The notes under the pieces are model-generated. The model was not told the origin of the DNA and ran no database searches. It saw nothing but the letters and a program-made list of their open reading frames with translations. Of a stretch of DNA of 36,536 nucleotides, positions 8,698 to 17,748 are shown in pieces. Origin of the DNA: Rickettsia typhi (lineage in GTDB: Bacteria > Pseudomonadota > Alphaproteobacteria > Rickettsiales > JABSSG01); contig CAMCSP010000002.1 in the NCBI GenBank assembly GCA_945877755.1, positions 1 to 36,536 on the forward strand, written 5' to 3'. Each line of letters starts with the position of its first letter. Position 1 is the stretch's first letter. A program made the translations under genes and the position numbers.

Positions 8698-10260
8698 CTA
8701 TATCAAAACTGAGAAAATTTCAGCTAACACGAGATGCTTTTCATACGGCTTCCTAATACAACCGTCAATACCAATATTACGCGCTTTAGTTATATCTTTT
8801 TCATTAGCAACACCACTTTGCAGTATTATTTTTAAATGTGCTAAATATGAGTTCTTCCTAATATATTCCAATACTTCAAGACCATTTATATCTGGCATCA
8901 TCAGATCAAGTAGCACTAGATCTACAGACTGACCATGCTCTTGTAAATAATGCAAGCCCGCCTTACCACCAGAAGCTTTTATTAACGTATATGAAGTTTT
9001 ATACAAAAATAGCTCCATATTTAACAAGCAAGCATCTTCGTCGTCAATGATAAGTATGGTTGCAGGCTTAGTAATAACTTGATTGTCTTGTTTTTTATAA
9101 TCCTCAAATATCTTAGTTTCTTTAAGTTGATCAATTGGGATAACAAAGTTAAAAATCACACCCTCTGAAATATCATTTTCTGCCCATATTCTACCATGAT
9201 GACCTATAATAATCTCTTTACAAATAGCAAGACCAAGACCTGTACCACCTGTATTTGTTTTAGTATGTGTGCTTTGGGTAAATGGATCAAATATTACCTT
9301 AATCTCATCCTCAGGTACACTAATGCCGTAATTAGAAATAGAAAATTGTACTGCTTTGATTATCTTCCCTTGATCATTTGTAATATCAGTCTGAGTAGTG
9401 GTGATAGTAATAATACTATTATTTTGACTGAACTTAATAGCATTAGTAAAGAGATTACGTAAGACTTGTGTAATCCTGTCCTGATCAACAAAAGCAAAGA
9501 TTGGACCGGTATTATTAAATTCAAAATTACTCTTTTTTTCATTGATATAAAGGATTTTGCATTCCTCAATCATATCTTCGACAAGCAAGTTAAAATCTAT
9601 TTCTTGAAAGGCTAATAACATTTTCCTGGCAGTAAATTTTGACAAATCCAACAAATTTCCAACCAAAGATAGCAACCGTTTACTATTGTTTCTTACATGT
9701 TTTGCTATCTCAAGTCTTTTATCATCGGTAAACACTGCCCAATGTTCAACAAGACTGTCTGATAGACCTGTAACCCCTTGAATTGGAGTTCGTATCTCAT
9801 GGCTCATATTATTTAAAAACTCCGTCTTAAAAGCAAGAGCAAGTTGTAAATCTTTAGTACGCACGGCTACTTTTTGCTCAAGATCTGCATTTATTAACTT
9901 AATTTTATTGTTTGCTTCAAAAAGTTGTTTGCGAACCAAAATTTCCTTTTTAAATGCTGCTTTTACAATTTCAAAAGCCTCTACTAAATGTACACCTTCA
10001 CTACTGCTAACAGTAGGCATTTTAATATCCAAATTGCCATGTGAAAGTAGATGAACACTTTCTGAAAACAATATCATTGGATTAACTATTTTTATGCGGA
10101 AAAAATACAGAAGAACTAAGAAAGAGATAGCTACCAAAACTGTGGCTATCTGAGATATAACTAACTGCTTAAATTCTTCTTGTAAAAAATTTTTGTTTTG
10201 CCCTATTAATATAGTTATATGGATACATAATTTTATAATATCTATAAGTAATATTATCAT
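8698..10260 (-). CDS. Hybrid sensor histidine kinase, C-terminal portion (TM2, linker, HisKA, HATPase_c, receiver). Appears to be the 3' part of a frameshifted gene.
   Basis: H-box NNMSHEIRTPI, N-box NLFTNAIKFS, G2 GGTGLGLAICKEII. Receiver: ILIIDDE...LVLLDLMMPDINGLE...RKP. Overlaps the upstream sensor ORF in another frame. Confidence 0.85.
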   Translation of the reverse strand: MIILLIDIIKLCIHITILIGQNKNFLQEEFKQLVISQIATVLVAISFLVLLYFFRIKIVNPMILFSESVHLLSHGNLDIKMPTVSSSEGVHLVEAFEIVKAAFKKEILVRKQLFEANNKIKLINADLEQKVAVRTKDLQLALAFKTEFLNNMSHEIRTPIQGVTGLSDSLVEHWAVFTDDKRLEIAKHVRNNSKRLLSLVGNLLDLSKFTARKMLLAFQEIDFNLLVEDMIEECKILYINEKKSNFEFNNTGPIFAFVDQDRITQVLRNLFTNAIKFSQNNSIITITTTQTDITNDQGKIIKAVQFSISNYGISVPEDEIKVIFDPFTQSTHTKTNTGGTGLGLAICKEIIIGHHGRIWAENDISEGVIFNFVIPIDQLKETKIFEDYKKQDNQVITKPATILIIDDEDACLLNMELFLYKTSYTLIKASGGKAGLHYLQEHGQSVDLVLLDLMMPDINGLEVLEYIRKNSYLAHLKIILQSGVANEKDITKARNIGIDGCIRKPYEKHLVLAEIFSVLI

Positions 10261-11038
10261 GGGTTATTTCAGCGCTTAACTTCCCTTGATTATTCTTTAT
10301 AAAATTGTTGTTTTTTAGTAGTTTAGTAATATTACTCAAAGAATCTTTAATATGTGTTGAACTAGTAATTAGTTTTAAATCTTCAGTTAAAACCATAAAT
10401 TCACTTGTATCAGAGCGTAAAGAACGTTCAATTTTTTGTGTAAGTTTTTCGATGCTAAACCCAATAGAGACAATACCGACAAATCTATTATTTTTATCCG
10501 TAATACCATAACCGCCTGGAATAATATACTCACCACTAACAATGCCTAAGTCTGGATAAGCAAGATGAAGAAACCATGGTTTAGTACGTGCTGTTATTAC
10601 CCATGGCCTTTTTTTACTATCAACCTTAAGTGGGGCATAAGTAACGCCTGCAGCAGCAGCTATAATATAGTTATCTGGGTTTATAAATTCAAATAAAGTC
10701 CATGGAAAGATATCGTCTTTAATTTCACTTATATCAACTTTATTTTGTAATATCAATGCCACAGACTCAGCATCGTATTTGCCAGAAGATGCTATCACGT
10801 TCCCCACAAATCTCATGAAAATTGAAGCGTAGGTAAAAGAATCTTCTAACACTTCCTTTATTCTATTTGCCTCTAAGGCGTATTCGTAGTCTTTTTCTGT
10901 TTCCAAATTGTTATAAGAAAACCATAATAACCATGCTAAAGAAGAAATAATAATAGCTGAGACAATAGAAGCAAAATAAAAATACTCTCTGGATATAGAG
11001 AGATTCTTATGTTTATAATAATAACTTTTACGCTTCAT
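10169..11038 (-). CDS. N-terminal sensor portion (TM1 plus periplasmic domain) of the same histidine kinase, in a different frame
   Basis: TM helix FASIVSAIIISSLAWLLWF followed by a ~230-aa extracytoplasmic domain. It ends inside a 92-nt overlap with ORF 8698..10260, just upstream of the next TM segment. Confidence 0.6.
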   Translation of the reverse strand: MKRKSYYYKHKNLSISREYFYFASIVSAIIISSLAWLLWFSYNNLETEKDYEYALEANRIKEVLEDSFTYASIFMRFVGNVIASSGKYDAESVALILQNKVDISEIKDDIFPWTLFEFINPDNYIIAAAAGVTYAPLKVDSKKRPWVITARTKPWFLHLAYPDLGIVSGEYIIPGGYGITDKNNRFVGIVSIGFSIEKLTQKIERSLRSDTSEFMVLTEDLKLITSSTHIKDSLSNITKLLKNNNFIKNNQGKLSAEITHDNITYRYYKIMYPYNYINRAKQKFFTRRI

Positions 11039-11251
11039 TCATCATCGCCTAACTACTTTAAAGACAAAAAAAGTAAAATATCAACATAGTAATACCAAAT
11101 ATTTACTTAATTGTCTTTATTAAACTTAATTTGACATTGCTGCGTTGCAACAATATTAAATAATAGTAGTATATAATTAATATTAATAAATCCTGGGTAA
11201 TTCTTTTTAATTTGTGGTGTATTGCGGAGTACAGAGCTCGCTTTTTATACT

Positions 11252-11506
11252 TCAATTACGTTTTACTCCTTGAGCTGCAAGAAATATGGCATCCTTCTTG
11301 CTCAGCTTCTTATTTACTTTATCCCTAGAGTCTATTAAGGCATTATCTTTTAATGAATTTTGATTAGAGAAAAAACTGTTTTGAGTATTTATTTCTCCAT
11401 GTAATTTCAATAACATTACTCTGGCCTTTCGATATTTGCATCCTATTTCAAAGATAATGATCAAAACTAAAATGAAATTGAGGAAGCAATAACAAAACTT
11501 ATACAT
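11252..11506 (-). CDS. Hypothetical small protein with an N-terminal hydrophobic segment
   Basis: ORF track only, with no recognisable motif. The hydrophobic N-terminus FLNFILVLIIIFEIGC could be a signal or anchor. Confidence 0.2.
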   Translation of the reverse strand: MYKFCYCFLNFILVLIIIFEIGCKYRKARVMLLKLHGEINTQNSFFSNQNSLKDNALIDSRDKVNKKLSKKDAIFLAAQGVKRN

Positions 11507-11607
11507 ACAAAGTGTTCGAGCATAATAAAGTATTGTTTTTAATCAGTTACATCCATACTAGTAGACCCGGATAGCAACAAAAATAAATAAAAAAGGAAAA
11601 TTCTAAG

Positions 11608-11638
11608 TAGAGTTGTAACCTTGAGGCTAATTGGTCGG
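11608..11638. repeat. Direct repeat copy A, matching the 3' end plus 3' flank of tRNA-Pro
   Basis: gtagagttgtaaccttgagGctaAttggtcgg versus gtagagttgtaaccttgagTctaCttggtcgg at 17351-17382 (two mismatches). An additional shared taaataaaaaa block lies just upstream of both copies. Confidence 0.8.
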
Positions 11639-11778
11639 CTAGTTAGCCTAGTCATTATTGAGGTTTTTATCGCCCTTACCGTTTTGGTTTAATTTTCCGC
11701 GCTCGAAGAGTTTATGAGACATTTTTCAACCTATATTATTATGATTTTACTAGGGATTTATGGTAATAGCCTCTATAG

Positions 11779-12222
11779 TCACTCCTTATTTTTTGTATTG
11801 TCTTCAGGTAAATAAATGGCAGTATTTTCATACCAATCTTGACGCATAGGTGCAAAAATATCAACATTAATTGTATCCTCCAATACCTCAAATTGATGAG
11901 GAACATTGGGAGGTATTACCAGCACTCCTCCAGCCTTAACAATAAACTCTTTGCCTTGAGAAAGCACTTTAACCGAGCCCTTAGTAATCCAAGTAATTTG
12001 CTCATTCACATGATGATGCCAAGGTACAATAGCCCCTTTTTTAAAAGTCCATTTTACGAGCATTGATTGCCCACCGTAAATATATTGTCTGGAAATCTTA
12101 TCTGTTAAAACTTCTGGGGGCATATTGTCTAAATCATAATAGACCGGCAGAGCTTGATAGTGCATGGACAGGCTGTTTTCTGTTGAATCCTGATTTTTCG
12201 AATTAGAAGGCTGCTTTTTCAT
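11779..12222 (-). CDS. Cupin domain protein (147 aa)
   Basis: WHHHVNEQITWITKGSVKV...VLVIPPNVPHQFE is a two-motif cupin_2 metal-binding pattern. Confidence 0.8.
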   Translation of the reverse strand: MKKQPSNSKNQDSTENSLSMHYQALPVYYDLDNMPPEVLTDKISRQYIYGGQSMLVKWTFKKGAIVPWHHHVNEQITWITKGSVKVLSQGKEFIVKAGGVLVIPPNVPHQFEVLEDTINVDIFAPMRQDWYENTAIYLPEDNTKNKE

Positions 12223-13172
12223 AAAATTTTCCTAATATATTTTTGATTTCATATCTATACTGTATACTAGAATTATTAATATATAGTAAAAATTCTGTAT
12301 TGGCATCTTCAAGGTCAAGCTTTGTTAAACTCTCGACATTCTGAATTGGGATCAGTTAGGTGGCAACTAGGCCAAGAATGACATTGACTGAAGAGCCACC
12401 GGTTACTAAAAAATTCTTCTTCCTTGCCGAAGTCATAATCAAGAGTTAGAATGATGCTGAATTCTAGATCTTTATCTGGGAATGAAAAATTTAGATTGCC
12501 TCCAACCTCAGTCTCGACCACCTATAATTCCTGGTGAATAATTCTAGTAATGGCCCACAGTAAAACGGTGTATATTCTAGGAATGATATGGTTCACCTCC
12601 GTCTCCAGATGATGACTCATGGGACAAGCCTGGAAGTTGGCCTGGAGATGGACCTGGAATTTGTTATATATCAACTAAAAGTCAGAAAGTATATGATCAG
12701 CCGACAGGCCCAGAACAACCTATTGATCCAATAATATCTAAATATATAGATAAAGAATTATCTATATATTGCTGATATGATGGGTTGCAATAGCGGTGGT
12801 TATATTCTTAATCAAGCATTTTCAAACGATTCTAGGTTAGTATTCATAAGGTAAGATTGATGAGCAAGATAGTATCAACTAAATTTTGCATTATTTCTTT
12901 ACATTTTTAGTATAACTGATGCATAATAGAATAAATTTATTTTGAGTTATTATAGTTTTCATATATAATAAAGATGAAAACAACTACCCAAATTTTATTT
13001 ATTATTTATATATTTTGAGCAATGTTTTATAAATATTATCTATACACTCCCCTAGAAACTGCAGTGTCTGGCCTTGTCTTATACGCAATGAGTTTATACA
13101 GATTTACTCACATAAGCCCTTTACAAATTACTAATATAAGTAGATTTCCCGAAATGCAGTATCATAACAGCA

Positions 13173-13430
13173 ATGCTCTTGATCATAAGATGGGTTGCTA
13201 TTGTGGTGTATCTATATGGTTTTTTTAAGGGAGCAGTTGTAGGTGCGGCTTCTGCTGGTGCAATTATTGGAGCAGAATATTATGCAACAGGTCAAGATCT
13301 TTTCAAACTACCAGAAACAATAGAAGAAAACTTCCAAGACAGTGCCATTGCAGCAGTTTCAGTAGCTACCATTGTGGGAAGCACAATAATGCTAAGCGCA
13401 GTATATCTCGATTCAAATACATCCCCGTAG
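13173..13430 (+). CDS. Hypothetical small membrane protein with a glycine-zipper-like segment
   Basis: ORF track. GAVVGAASAGAIIGA is a small-residue repeat, and a C-terminal TM is present (AAVSVATIVGSTIMLSAV). No homology recognised; the start is uncertain. Confidence 0.3.
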   Translation: MLLIIRWVAIVVYLYGFFKGAVVGAASAGAIIGAEYYATGQDLFKLPETIEENFQDSAIAAVSVATIVGSTIMLSAVYLDSNTSP

Positions 13431-13450
13431 CGAATCTACCAACCGGAATA

Positions 13451-13693
13451 ATGTTTCCCGAGGCAGAAATATTTCGCCCTCATGAAAACACTTTGATTAC
13501 TTATGCTAAAATCGGGGTTTGTTTTGCTATGGCAAGTGCTATTAGTTCAGTTCCTGCTATTATCATTGGCACCATTATTGCAGGTATAGAAAGCAATAAT
13601 CTCTCCTTTACCCACAATGATCAGCAAAACATTACAAACAGCAATAGTAATACTACTATTCTTGGAGAAATATATTACACTACGGAATCGTAA
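13451..13693 (+). CDS. Hypothetical small single-pass membrane protein
   Basis: ORF track. TM segment FAMASAISSVPAIIIGTIIAGI followed by an N/S/T-rich tail. Confidence 0.3.
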   Translation: MFPEAEIFRPHENTLITYAKIGVCFAMASAISSVPAIIIGTIIAGIESNNLSFTHNDQQNITNSNSNTTILGEIYYTTES

Positions 13694-13727
13694 TGTCATT
13701 CATTGCCATGTGTAAAAATAGGTAAAA

Positions 13728-13898
13728 ATGTTAGGAAATATTTTTCACGTTTTAGGAACTAATTTGCCTGGGGACTTTCAACACATGCCTAGTACTTCTA
13801 TGGCTATTGTAGCAACAATAGCTATGGCAGGATTAACTTATTTAGTTAATACTTGGCGAACTAATCCTGAAAATAATAATATATATCCCATCAATTAA
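13728..13898 (+). CDS. Hypothetical small membrane protein (56 aa, below the ORF-track cutoff). Its 3' end runs into the IS remnant.
   Basis: Hand translation: MLGNIFHVLGTNLPGDFQHMPSTSMAIVATIAMAGLTYLVNTWRTNPENNNIYPIN*. The last ~5 codons lie in sequence shared with the IS6 copy. Confidence 0.25.
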   Translation: MLGNIFHVLGTNLPGDFQHMPSTSMAIVATIAMAGLTYLVNTWRTNPENNNIYPIN

Positions 13899-14216
13899 AG
13901 AAGAGACAAGCTAAAAGAGGAGATATGTAGCACCTTGATGAATAATGCTTAGTAATGAATGATAAGCGACATTGGTTATGGAGAGCGATTGACCAAGATG
14001 GTTATGAGCTTGATATATTGATGCAACTCAGGAGAAATACTAAAGCAGCTATAAGATTTTTCAGAAAATTGTTAAAAGAGCTACAATATGTACCAAGAGT
14101 AATCGTTACTGATAGACTAAGAAGCTATATGGACAGCAATTAGTTTATTAAATATTGCTCCCTGAAATACACAAAATAGCATAATTTACCACCATTCCTA
14201 ACAACTTGACAATGCC
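13885..14216 (+). mobile_element. IS6-family insertion sequence remnant, 5'-truncated and carrying a ~250-bp internal deletion
   Basis: Near-identical to parts of the 15443-16253 copy. Encodes HLDE*CLVMNDKRHWLWRAIDQDGYELDILMQLRRNTKAAIRFFRKLLKELQYVPRVIVTDRLRSY, then jumps to the last codons. Terminal repeat ggcattgtcaagttg (reverse complement) ends at 14216. Confidence 0.8.
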
Positions 14217-14435
14217 AGAAATACATCTGATTTAATAATATCCTTAAGGTTCACTAAAATTTACAGGTTAGAAATGTGATTAATTGCATAAATGATTGAA
14301 TTGAAAAAATACAATCTTGGGTTGCATATTTAATATGCTATAACAGTATTTGTATTATGTTCAAGATAATTATTAGCTTATATATAGTGCTAAACTAGAA
14401 TCATACAGTAAAATTACAAGCGTTATATTCATTGA

Positions 14436-15290
14436 TTATTGTAGCGTACCGTCACGATAATCACTAAATGCTTGACGGATTTCAAAATCTGTATTCATAA
14501 CAAATGGCCCTTCTCCAACAATTGGTTCATTAATTGGTTCGCCGGACATGAATAGAATTTTGGAATCTTTTTCAGCTTTCAAAACAATCTCATCTCCTTC
14601 ATTCTGATCAAATAATGCTAGCTCTGATGAAACAATAGTTTCTCCCTCTATTTGAACCTTACCGTTAAGTACTAAAAGAGAGGCATTAAAACCTTTATCA
14701 ACAGGTAAATTAAGTGAGGCTCCGGCTTTAAGACGTATATCGTAGAGATGTATAGGCGTAAAAGTTTTTGCTGCACCCTTTAAATTATTAAAGCTGCCTG
14801 CAATAATACGCATTGAACTACCTTCTTGTTCCACTACCGGTATGTTTTTATTTAAGATTCCTTGATAGCGCGGCTCAGACATTTTATTTTTAGCAGGAAG
14901 ATTTACCCAAAGCTGTATCATTTCCATTCTACCGCCCTTCTTACTAAATTCAATGCTATGTTTTTCTTCATGTAGAACACCATGGGCTGCTGTCATCCAT
15001 TGTACGTCACCAGGGCCAATTTTACCTGAATTGCCGGCTGTATCTTTATGTTCTACCTCACCCGCATAAACAATAGTCACAGTTTCAAAACCTCGATGTG
15101 GATGTTGCCCTACACCACGCGGAATATCAGAAGGTGAAAATTCAGACGGTGCAGCATAATCTAATAGTAGAAACGGACTAATATTATGTCCGTCAATCCC
15201 GTAATAAAACATGGTACTCACATAAAAACCATCACCGACCCAATGTCTTTCTTTTTCACGCCTAATTATCTGAATCTTTCTGCTTTTCAT
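14436..15290 (-). CDS. Pirin family protein (284 aa)
   Basis: GVGQHPHRGFETVTIVYAGEVEHKD and WMTAAHGVLHEE are pirin/cupin motifs. Start set at MKSRKIQ (15290), which has GAGGA 5 nt upstream, rather than the extended ORF start at 15362. Confidence 0.9.
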   Translation of the reverse strand: MKSRKIQIIRREKERHWVGDGFYVSTMFYYGIDGHNISPFLLLDYAAPSEFSPSDIPRGVGQHPHRGFETVTIVYAGEVEHKDTAGNSGKIGPGDVQWMTAAHGVLHEEKHSIEFSKKGGRMEMIQLWVNLPAKNKMSEPRYQGILNKNIPVVEQEGSSMRIIAGSFNNLKGAAKTFTPIHLYDIRLKAGASLNLPVDKGFNASLLVLNGKVQIEGETIVSSELALFDQNEGDEIVLKAEKDSKILFMSGEPINEPIVGEGPFVMNTDFEIRQAFSDYRDGTLQ

Positions 15291-15442
15291 AATGTCCTCA
15301 ATTATTAACCTGCTATATATATTTATTGATAATATGCTAAATATAATAAATATTCTTGTCAACTATCATATCTATACAAAATTATCTACTGAAGGGGCTT
15401 CACCAAAATGTTATGATTTAACTTAACAATATGTACCAAGGG

Positions 15443-16253
15443 GGTATTGTCAAGTTGTTAGGAATGATAGTAAATTATGCTATTTTGTGTATTTCAGGGA
15501 GCAATATTTAATAAACTAATTGCTGTCCATATCGTAAATACAGCTTTTATTTTTTCTTTTCTTTCTTTTGCCCTTAACTTGTATAAACCTACTTTAAAAT
15601 AATTCTTAATTATACCAAATGCTGATAAAAATTGCTGCGCTTGAGGTGGCGATTTAAATCTCCGCATTTGCTTCTCTTTTAATCTGGTGGGCTGATGAGC
15701 TGCTTCAATATAATTATTTAGCCCTTTGTGGTTTCTATGCTCAACTTTCTTTAGTATTTTCTTCTTTGCTGAACTATAGCTTCTTAGTCTATCAATAACG
15801 ATTACTCTTGGTACATATTGTAGCTCTTTTAACAATTTTCTGAAAAATCTTATAGCTGCTTTAGTATTTCTCCTGGGTTGCTTCAATATATCAAGCTCAT
15901 AACCATCTTGGTCAATCGCTCTCCATAACCAATGTCACTTATCATTCATTACTATGCATTATTCATCAAGGTGCTACCTATCTCCTCTTTTAGCTTGCCT
16001 ATTCTTTAATTGATGGGATGTAATGCACCAAAATTCTTTACCCAGCAACGAACTGTCTCATGGCTCACTTCTCTACCACGTTGCATCAGCAACATTTCTA
16101 TATCTCTAAAACTAGCTGTTAATCGGTAATAAACTGCTTATTACTTCAATTGGAAATCTATAACCCTTATATCTTTTTATCCTCTTAACTCTTATCATTG
16201 TAGTAAGACATTTTAATAACTTATCTACCATTACTCAAGAACTTGACAATACC
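15443..16253 (-). mobile_element. IS6-family insertion sequence, full length (811 bp) but with a degenerate transposase
   Basis: Terminal inverted repeats GGTATTGTCAAGTT at 15443-15456 and (reverse complement) 16240-16253, resembling the IS26 IR GGCACTGTTGCAAA. The 8-bp flanks (accaaggg / cacatagg) are not a target duplication. Confidence 0.85.
15494..15886 (-). pseudogene. IS6-family DDE transposase, C-terminal open segment. The N-terminal ~110 codons upstream are broken by stops and frameshifts.
   Basis: VIVIDRLRSY...NNYIEAAHQPTRLKEKQMRRFKSPPQAQQFLS parallels the IS6100/IS26 motif NNRAENSHQPTRRRERQMQRFKS. Hand translation upstream gives ...HLDE*CIVMNDK*HWLWRAID. Confidence 0.85.
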
Positions 16254-16364
16254 CACATAGGTTATAATCATAACAGAAAAAACTTTTCTCAGTAGGATAG
16301 CTTTAGATAAAAATAAAAACGCAGAACCTTATGCACCAATAGAAATTACGCAGCTATATTTGGC

Positions 16365-16952
16365 TTATGATAATAATTTTTCTATTCTTCGATCTGGTAT
16401 AATCCACATTAAAATCACTGCAAAATAAATTATCTGAGATATTTTCTCATAATAAAAAGCAGTAGGTATGGCAATTAAAAATAAAATCAAAGACATTTTG
16501 CCTTTAAAATCTTTTCCTATAGCATTCGATAAAACTGAAGTTGGGTTATATTTTAATATTGCAAATTGTAAAATACGATAAGCAGCAGCTGTAAATAATA
16601 GCTCTATCCCATATAAAGCAGTTGGTAAAGGTTCAAAATGATTTTCTCCCATCCAATCTGTAGTAAAAGGAATTAAGGAAACCCAGAAAAGAAAATGTAA
16701 ATTTGCAAGTAATATTTGTCCATTAACATGAGTAACAGTATGAACCATGTGATGATGATTACTCCAATAAGTACCAATGTAAAAAAAGCTTATCACATAA
16801 CTCAAAAAAATTGGTGCCATTGAGCAAAGATGTTCAAAACTAGATCCATGAGGTGCTTTGAGCTCTAAAACCATTATGGTAATAGTCACTGCTAACACTC
16901 CATCACTAAAAGCTTCAAGCCTAGCTTTGCTAATTCCTTTGTTTTCTTTCAT
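16365..16952 (-). CDS. TMEM175-like (DUF1211) putative potassium channel, 6-TM, 195 aa
   Basis: TM1 signature RLEAFSDGVLAVTITIMVLEL (RxxxFSD motif), with six hydrophobic segments. Confidence 0.8.
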   Translation of the reverse strand: MKENKGISKARLEAFSDGVLAVTITIMVLELKAPHGSSFEHLCSMAPIFLSYVISFFYIGTYWSNHHHMVHTVTHVNGQILLANLHFLFWVSLIPFTTDWMGENHFEPLPTALYGIELLFTAAAYRILQFAILKYNPTSVLSNAIGKDFKGKMSLILFLIAIPTAFYYEKISQIIYFAVILMWIIPDRRIEKLLS

Positions 16953-17350
16953 TTTTATATTTTATAATAAATAAATTTTTTTAATTTTCTTTCTTTTACT
17001 ATCAAGAATAATCACTTTATGGCTTTAAAGCTCTCTTTATTCCTGAGAATATAAAGTTTTTATGCCCTTTTCTAGCTAAGAAAAAGACTTAATCTAACTT
17101 TTATATTCAAGTATACTAAAAGACAATTATTCTGTAGTCAAATTTTTTGCTGTAACAAAAAAGCCTGCTATAAAAAATATGGTATGCACAAAATACTTTG
17201 AAATCTAAGCTTAATTTGTCTGGAAACTTATATTAGAAATTTAGAATTAAAATAACATTAAAAAGAAGACCTGCTTTGACCATTCGTAGTCTAATAAATT
17301 TACGTACGTACAGTAACAACCAAGTAACGACGAGAGTAAATAAAAAAATT

Positions 17351-17375
17351 GTAGAGTTGTAACCTTGAGTCTACT

Positions 17376-17382
<7 letters not shown>
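17351..17382. repeat. Direct repeat copy B, covering the last 7 nt of tRNA-Pro (including CCA) plus 25 nt of its 3' flank
   Basis: See copy A at 11608-11638. The match ends inside the tRNA acceptor 3' strand. Confidence 0.8.
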
Positions 17383-17452
<70 letters not shown>

Positions 17453-17650
17453 AAATATAAGATTTTTTATATTATTCTTTTGCGCAGAATAATCAATAAG
17501 TTTTTTATATTTAGAGTCTTCTCATAAATTAAAATAAAATAAAATTGCTTTTTTACAGATATTTTCTACTTCTAGTTTGAAATTAATAATAAAAATACAT
17601 TATTCCAGCTTTTTATATAATTTTATTGCATTTATTACTTGAACACATCA

Positions 17651-17714
17651 TTATTTCCATGTAATACCACTTAATCCCATATTAACCCATTATTAACCAT
17701 TTTAGTGTTATAAT
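17651..17714 (+). promoter_or_regulatory. Putative mraZ/dcw promoter: five 10-bp-phased CCAT/CCAC repeats (candidate MraZ operator) followed by an extended -10 TGTTATAAT
   Basis: Decamers ttatttCCAT|gtaataCCAC|ttaatcCCAT|attaacCCAT|tattaaCCAT at 17651-17700. TATAAT lies at 17709-17714, 35 nt upstream of the mraZ ATG. Confidence 0.4.
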
Positions 17715-17748
17715 GTGAATAGAAGTAAAGATAGATTGAAAATTAAAG

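Noticed and set aside
11650-11737. A minus-strand mini-ORF next to repeat copy A, MSHKLFERGKLNQNGKGDKNLNND* (coordinates approximate)
   Set aside because: At 24 codons with no motif, it might be the stub of a gene displaced by the island, but that is speculation I cannot support.
13022-13228. A 68-aa ORF (MFYKYYLYTPLETAVSGLV...) overlapping the start of ORF 13173..13430 in another frame
   Set aside because: It has aromatic-rich, low-complexity composition and no motif. It is most simply either random or the frameshifted upstream part of the next ORF, so it is not reported as a separate gene.
11639-17350. A search for an integrase, excisionase, phage or conjugation genes, toxin-antitoxin pairs or defence genes inside the repeat-bounded island
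   Set aside because: None were found. All ORFs of 60 aa or more are accounted for (cupin, pirin, channel, IS transposase debris, small membrane ORFs). The long A/T-rich stretches 16953-17350 and 12780-13020 show no extended frames. The island call therefore rests only on the repeats and content.
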